From IMG/VR virus record IMGVR_UViG_3300008954_000007: a stretch of 64,000 nt of DNA. One strand, 5' to 3'. Positions within the stretch are counted from its first letter, which is position 1. Each line of letters starts with the position of its first letter. The stretch comes from a virus. The notes beneath the pieces are model-generated. The model was not told where the DNA came from, made no database searches, and saw only the letters and a list, made by a program, of their open reading frames with translations. This document shows positions 58,092 through 64,000 of the stretch, piece by piece. The translations under genes were made by a program, and so were the position numbers.

Positions 58092-59631
58092 TAATCATAG
58101 AAAAATCCCATTCATCACCTATTTCTGTATAGTTATCCAACTTCATTATTTCAGTATTCAAAGAAGCGAAGATAGGATTTTTTAAAGAATAGTCTGTATC
58201 AAAATCATCATCTTCTTCAGATTGAAATTCATTAACGTGCTCAAGAGAGTCTCCATCAACTTCAATCTTGGAATGACGAAGCTTAGTAAACCAAAACCTA
58301 ACTCTTTTCTTAACTACATCATCAGTTGTTCTTTTCCAGTTTAATCCAATATCAATGTGATCTCTGATAGCAGTAGAATATTTATAGCTACCATCTTCTT
58401 GAGATTGAATAGGAACTATTAAAACAACATCTAGCGACCTAGCTAGAGCTTTTAGTTCAGCATATAGGTTAGAGTATGAGTGCCAACTTTGTTCTCCAGA
58501 TAGAACTTCATTCATTATACCTGGATAGTCAATAATTAACACATCACAGCCACGTTTTTCCTTTAGTTGGCTAATTTGAGACTTAATTATCTCAACACTA
58601 CAACCTGAAGCAATGTCTATGGGGAAAAAGGTGTTTCTTCTTCTAAGGATTTTGGAATTTTCAAAAAACTTTTCTTCAATTTCTTCCTTACTAAAGGAAG
58701 CAAGTTCATTTCCAAAAAGATTAATGATTTTCTTGGCATCATTATAGCACTCAGGATCAACAGCTTCTAGTAAAACCATTTTTCTTAACCTTAAAGTGGT
58801 TTTAAGATCTAGATCACGCATTAATATCTTAGTGACAGGAATTTCACTCATCCTACTATGGAGTCTGGCTAATAATTCTTCTTCACTCATTTCTAAGCTA
58901 ACATAAGCCACACTTAAATCTTCTTTATAGGCACTATAGCCCATGTTCATAGATACAATACTTTTACCACCTTGAGTTCCACTACCTAAACCTACTAGAT
59001 TTGGTTTTCTAAACCCACCACCCATTTTTTCGTTTAGCTCTTTAATACCACAAGATATAATTTCTTCTTCATTAAAAGAAGTGCTATATCTTTCTAGAGC
59101 AATAGGGGAGAATTCAGAAATATCATAATTAATGATGTTGTTAGAATATATCTGATTCTTTAGTCCAGCTATTTGGTCTTCTAAAAAACTTAAAGATTCT
59201 TGTGGGCTTTTTTGGCTAGAAATAATACTACTAGCCTCACGCATAGTTTTAATCAGAAAGTTTCTTAGATAGTTAGACTCAACTTGTTTTCTAACTAAGT
59301 TGTATTCTGCATCAAAAAGGTCAGATTCAAAATTCTGGATGGATTGATAAATGTTGATTGACTCTTCAACATCTATGTCTCTTTTGATAATTTCTTGTTT
59401 TACAAGGTTGGCATCTGGCAAATGACCAGAGCTTTTGTAAAACTCAACAATGATGTTGAAGATGGTCTTATTGGGATTGTCAATAATCCATTCAGGATCA
59501 ACTTCTCCTGAAATTCTTTTGACAAAATCTTTACTAGTTAAGTACCTAATAAGAGTAGGTTCTGTATCACAAACCTCTTTCTTAAAATCAACAAATTCAT
59601 TATCATTGTTTACTTTGGATTTTCTAATCAT
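58084..59631 (-). CDS. dnaB: DnaB-like replicative helicase
   Basis: Walker A GSGTQGGKS, YVSLEMS, IIDY, LKALA, K.R. Confidence 0.88.
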   Translation of the reverse strand: MIRKSKVNNDNEFVDFKKEVCDTEPTLIRYLTSKDFVKRISGEVDPEWIIDNPNKTIFNIIVEFYKSSGHLPDANLVKQEIIKRDIDVEESINIYQSIQNFESDLFDAEYNLVRKQVESNYLRNFLIKTMREASSIISSQKSPQESLSFLEDQIAGLKNQIYSNNIINYDISEFSPIALERYSTSFNEEEIISCGIKELNEKMGGGFRKPNLVGLGSGTQGGKSIVSMNMGYSAYKEDLSVAYVSLEMSEEELLARLHSRMSEIPVTKILMRDLDLKTTLRLRKMVLLEAVDPECYNDAKKIINLFGNELASFSKEEIEEKFFENSKILRRRNTFFPIDIASGCSVEIIKSQISQLKEKRGCDVLIIDYPGIMNEVLSGEQSWHSYSNLYAELKALARSLDVVLIVPIQSQEDGSYKYSTAIRDHIDIGLNWKRTTDDVVKKRVRFWFTKLRHSKIEVDGDSLEHVNEFQSEEDDDFDTDYSLKNPIFASLNTEIMKLDNYTEIGDEWDFSMINA

Positions 59632-59752
59632 AATTACCTCATTGGCTATGGTGAAAATATGATATCATATTTGTTTTTCTATTTCAAGAGAAAAATGACT
59701 TTAATTATACCCCTGTGCTATAATAATCAATTATTAGTGGGAGTATGTAGCA

Positions 59753-62700
59753 ATGCCAGAACTTTTAGCTAGGGATGACGCACAACAGCAAATACAATCT
59801 TATTATTTCATTGAGGTAATGAATGATTACCTGCAGGATGTAGAAGCAGGTCAAGCTTATCTATTAAATGAAATTAGAAAAAATACAGGTAACATTAGAC
59901 TAAGAGCAGATAACGTTACCATGAATACTCAACAAATTGAGTTGTTGTTGGGTGGACTGCATTCTCACACTGATTATAATGAACTAAAGGCTTCTGATTC
60001 TGACCCCTCTACTCCTAGCTATTTAATACAAGAATTAGATGGAAGTGATAATCCCACAGGAAATGTAGTTTTAACCACAGACCCTTCTCAACTAGAGAGT
60101 GATCAATATGGGTTGATTTTACAAGATGTTCTATGGGAAGAAATACCAGGTGAAAATGGTGGAGATCCTACATATAAAGAAATAAGTTCATTTAGATATG
60201 CTAGAGATCAAATAGAAGCAATAAAGGCCATATATACAGCTAGTGTTAGTGATAATAAGACTTTAGTTGACGTTCATGAAGCATTAATTGATGTTTATAG
60301 TGCTGTATCAGGACAAGATGCAGGGAATACATCTGCTTTAGGTGGAGTGTCTAGCACAATTTCTTCATCAATGAGCAACACTACTATATCTTTAATTGGA
60401 ACTACTCAAGAGTGGGATGATTGGAATGCATTAGAAGATCCAGATCCAGAACTGGAACCAATTAAATATCCAGATCAAAACCTCTATGAGTTGATAGATA
60501 CAGAGATTACTGCAGTCACAACTGCATTAACTGACACTATAGAAGTTACACTTGAGGAAATAGATAAGGCACTAAGAACTGAAGGGTATTTGAAGGATAT
60601 TGATAGTACATTAAGTGATCAATTAGATATAAAAGTTTCTAATTTAGAAACCTTATTGCTGAATGTATTAAGTGCACCTGGTGTTACTCTGGATGCATCT
60701 ACAAATACATATCTAGATGACCAGGGTGTCACAGCTTCTTTTATAAATTTAGATGATGTTAAAACTGAGGTAAACACTGCTAGTGCCAATATTACTGGGG
60801 GAATAACAGATCAGACTACTACTTTAGGTAATAAAATAGATGCCTTATTTACAGATCCTTTAGATACTGACAAAAGATCACTGTATGACCTATATGAAAC
60901 CATAACAAAAATACATTCAACTACATTAGCTGAATATGCTAGTTTGTTTGATGTTAAAACTTCAATAGATAGTCTTTTGGTTACTTCTGCAACTGGAGTG
61001 TCTATTTTTGACTTAGATGCGACTGTAACTAGTGAATTCACTAACTTAAAAAATGGGAAAACACTTTCAGATTTAGATACTTCTATAGGGAATGTTCAAG
61101 GCGCAATAGAGACTCTTCAGGGAACAGAGACATTCACTATTGAAACATTAGAAGGTAAAGTTGGTAGTTTATTAGAAGTCACTACTGATGGAGCAAAAAC
61201 TTCCATTTTTGATTTAAATTTTAATTTAGTTGACGATACTAGTGGTCAATTTAGGCTCTTAAAAGATGATTTAACTAAAGCATATGTTAATGGGGAAGAT
61301 AGATTAAATATTCCAGGATTAGGAGAGAAGATAAATCTTGCTTTATTGGGAACCATAGATGATGGAACTTCAGGTGTTAGTGGCACATCAGTTACTTCAG
61401 TTATTGAGAAAGAAATATCTTCTTTAGAGGATATGTTGATTGGATCTACAGCTTTAGTGGGAGATACCTCTAATCTTTATGAAATAGAAAAAGATATAGA
61501 GAGAATTAGGGGTCTTGTTGGCAATGATGTAGAGGATAGCACTAAGAAAAATTTAAAAGATCTTCATACATCTTTAGAGAGTATTAAGGGATCTAGTGTT
61601 AACTATCAAAAGAATTTAAATGACATTTATGATAGGTTAGGTAATCTTTCTTTAGAAGTCAATAATGTAGCTGTTAATACAGATCAGCTTGAACAATTAA
61701 TAGGTTGGGATTTCACTAGAGATCTATATACTCCTGAGTATATAGCGTATGTTGATGATATATATGTTGTAAATGCGCTAATTTATCCAGACCAGATTGA
61801 TGCTTCAGGTGTTTCAGTAGAAGACTATAATAAAAATAATTATCTAGCTTATTCTAGTTCTTATTGGCAAGATGCTCATGAGTCATTAGGTGGTGAGATC
61901 TTTTTATATGGTGGTAATGCAGGTAGGTCAGTTTCTGACGTATCATCACCAGGGGATGAACACCCACTAACAGATGTGGTTGGTTTTTCCTCTATTTTTG
62001 ATAGAATGTCTGAGAGTAAAACTACTCTTGACAGTATTAAAAACACACTAGAAAACTTAAATAAAGCTACTAGAGAAAGTAGTTTTTTTGATGGAAATGG
62101 TGATCTTACTGGAACTAAGAAAACAATACAAGATTATCTTGATTCTTTACACATTAACATTAATAAAGGACTAATAGATGGTCAAACAGATAGTGAATCA
62201 AGATTATGGCTTTTAAACGATGATTTAAATGAAGGGTTGTTTACAAACAGGGATTCACAACCTGGTGAAGAGCCTAAACTGGATAGAATAACTAATGAGT
62301 TGTTGAGGCTACAGGGAAATTATCCAGTTGATTGGGTATCTACTTCAGGGTCACCCCATGATGGCTTTACTAACTCTGAGTCTAGTAATCTCTATGAGAT
62401 AGAAAAAGATTTAGAGAGAATTAGAGGTATAGTCGCTGGAGATACATTAGGAAACACTACCTCTAATCTTCTAGAAATAGAATCAAGATTGTTAGATATT
62501 CAGGGATATGATAATTCTAGTAATAGAGTAGAGACTTTAACAGATGATGCATCATTACCTAATATTGATAGTGTTATTAAGGTATTAAGAAACTTTAGGG
62601 GTGGTTCATTAGATACTGAACTAGATGATGTAGTTGACAATCAGGGTCAAGATGTTACTCAACCATACAATCCAGAAGACCCATTACATGACCCAATAAC

Positions 62701-64000
62701 TACTTTATATCCAACTTTCAGGGATATTAGGGATGTTTTAAACACCTTAAAGACATCTATTGATCAAATAGGTGGTGTTTTCTCAGAAAATCCAGGGAAA
62801 ATTGAAGCTTTATCATCTAACTTTTTTGAATTAGGCAATCAAATTAATTCATTAAGGGGTGAAGTTCCAGAGTTAGATCCCTCTGTATATGGGTATTTCT
62901 ATAATAGTGTTAGAAATTTGCATGATTTTAATGAAACATATGATGCTTCTAATGTAGATAGAATAGAGGATTTTTGGAATGTTGAAGGATCAGATTTTTT
63001 TGAACATTCTACTTCAGAAGATACTTCTCATGCTACTACTTATCCTGATCCAGATGGTTCCTATGTATATGAGGCTAAAACATCCAACTTATATCAAGTT
63101 AATGAGAATATAAAGTCATTATATGCTGCACTAACTGGAGATTCAGTTACAGAAAGCATTATTGATAAGGATGAGGCTAATGATAATCTTTTAAGTCAAT
63201 TAAGGGTTATAAGTAGTGACGCAACTGCAGTTGATAATACCAATCTATATGATATTGAGTATGCTATAGGTGAATTGAAGGGTGTTAGTGATAAAACCCT
63301 TACAGATGTTAATTCAACTATAGGTGATATAAGAGGATCTATTGTTAAAGATGGAGTATCAGAGGAAACTGAAACAACTTTAGCTAGAGTTGTAGAGACT
63401 TTAACCAGCTATGATGATTTTCAAGTAACAATCCCCAATGTAGCTTATCAAGATTATCTTAATTCTGTTGCCAGTGGTACTTGGACAGGAGAAGAAGATA
63501 TACCAGCAGAAACAATATTAGCAGAAGGTGCTTTTGAGTCTAAAAACTTAGTGGACTTATACTATAAACTGGAGACATTAAGTGGGGATGTTAGAGCTAC
63601 AGATCCTGTGGCAGCACTGTCTAATCTAGAGTTATCAGTTGGAGTTCAATCTACAGATACAATTAGGGCTATAGTTGGTTGGGATTATGACCCTGATGCT
63701 GATGGTTTTGATGAAGCAGCTTGGATAACTGAAAACAGAAATATATTTGATGAAATAAATACTTTATCAAACGATATAACTGGCTATGTACCTGCTGCTG
63801 AAGGTGTACCTGAAGTAACAGCAGGTACTTTAAAAGGTATAGAGAGTGCAATTGGTGGAGTAGCTTCAGACATAACTGGTGGCACTTCATTATCTGCAGT
63901 AAGTGATTCTATAGGTGGTATAGCTTCTGCAATAACAGGTACTTCATCAACAACTTTATCTGATATTAGTGATAATTTAACAGGTGATGGTGGTGTAAAG
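59753..64000 (+). CDS. giant acidic repeat-containing protein (>1416 aa, truncated by window), probably structural
   Basis: GGGAG RBS and TGCTATAAT upstream; MPELLARDDAQQQ...; start and end of window read in the same frame; missing from track. Confidence 0.75.
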   Translation, partial: MPELLARDDAQQQIQSYYFIEVMNDYLQDVEAGQAYLLNEIRKNTGNIRLRADNVTMNTQQIELLLGGLHSHTDYNELKASDSDPSTPSYLIQELDGSDNPTGNVVLTTDPSQLESDQYGLILQDVLWEEIPGENGGDPTYKEISSFRYARDQIEAIKAIYTASVSDNKTLVDVHEALIDVYSAVSGQDAGNTSALGGVSSTISSSMSNTTISLIGTTQEWDDWNALEDPDPELEPIKYPDQNLYELIDTEITAVTTALTDTIEVTLEEIDKALRTEGYLKDIDSTLSDQLDIKVSNLETLLLNVLSAPGVTLDASTNTYLDDQGVTASFINLDDVKTEVNTASANITGGITDQTTTLGNKIDALFTDPLDTDKRSLYDLYETITKIHSTTLAEYASLFDVKTSIDSLLVTSATGVSIFDLDATVTSEFTNLKNGKTLSDLDTSIGNVQGAIETLQGTETFTIETLEGKVGSLLEVTTDGAKTSIFDLNFNLVDDTSGQFRLLKDDLTKAYVNGEDRLNIPGLGEKINLALLGTIDDGTSGVSGTSVTSVIEKEISSLEDMLIGSTALVGDTSNLYEIEKDIERIRGLVGNDVEDSTKKNLKDLHTSLESIKGSSVNYQKNLNDIYDRLGNLSLEVNNVAVNTDQLEQLIGWDFTRDLYTPEYIAYVDDIYVVNALIYPDQIDASGVSVEDYNKNNYLAYSSSYWQDAHESLGGEIFLYGGNAGRSVSDVSSPGDEHPLTDVVGFSSIFDRMSESKTTLDSIKNTLENLNKATRESSFFDGNGDLTGTKKTIQDYLDSLHININKGLIDGQTDSESRLWLLNDDLNEGLFTNRDSQPGEEPKLDRITNELLRLQGNYPVDWVSTSGSPHDGFTNSESSNLYEIEKDLERIRGIVAGDTLGNTTSNLLEIESRLLDIQGYDNSSNRVETLTDDASLPNIDSVIKVLRNFRGGSLDTELDDVVDNQGQDVTQPYNPEDPLHDPITTLYPTFRDIRDVLNTLKTSIDQIGGVFSENPGKIEALSSNFFELGNQINSLRGEVPELDPSVYGYFYNSVRNLHDFNETYDASNVDRIEDFWNVEGSDFFEHSTSEDTSHATTYPDPDGSYVYEAKTSNLYQVNENIKSLYAALTGDSVTESIIDKDEANDNLLSQLRVISSDATAVDNTNLYDIEYAIGELKGVSDKTLTDVNSTIGDIRGSIVKDGVSEETETTLARVVETLTSYDDFQVTIPNVAYQDYLNSVASGTWTGEEDIPAETILAEGAFESKNLVDLYYKLETLSGDVRATDPVAALSNLELSVGVQSTDTIRAIVGWDYDPDADGFDEAAWITENRNIFDEINTLSNDITGYVPAAEGVPEVTAGTLKGIESAIGGVASDITGGTSLSAVSDSIGGIASAITGTSSTTLSDISDNLTGDGGVK

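Overview
The window looks like a 64-kb piece of a large, AT-rich tailed-phage genome; no rRNA, tRNA or host housekeeping operons were seen. Layout: (1) 1-12.9 kb, + strand: SbcC N-half, SbcD, dNMP kinase, GH108 lysin and a run of small genes sharing an A6GGAGTC leader. (2) 13.8-23.4 kb, - strand: an early/host-takeover-like block of small genes (ArdC, GP88-like), many with their own near-consensus sigma70 promoter/RBS cassette, separated by palindrome-rich spacers. (3) 24-29.5 kb: dCMP deaminase, a hybrid histidine kinase and a putative sRNA cluster. (4) 29.9-34 kb, the highlight: an RRM gene and a catalytically intact TnpB with no TnpA, followed from its stop codon by a ~2.45-kb unidirectional array of about 41 ATGYCAA micro-repeats with variable spacers. 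Four copies of a covarying omega-RNA-like scaffold are interleaved, and their GGGCAU loop is complementary to the repeat. This suggests a split, multi-guide TnpB (proto-type-V CRISPR-like) system. (5) 34-45 kb: SbcC C-half, SSB, portal, split terminase, RecU-like, orphan intein, Cas4-like nuclease, sigma-like factor. (6) 45-64 kb: MuF, a 1773-aa possible toxin plus SUKH-like gene, protease, capsid, head completion, primase/helicase and a giant unfinished ORF. ORF-track corrections: 56701..57660 and 57657..58091 are on the minus strand, and the ORF starting at 59753 is missing. All counts are by eye; family calls rest on motif recognition, not database searches.
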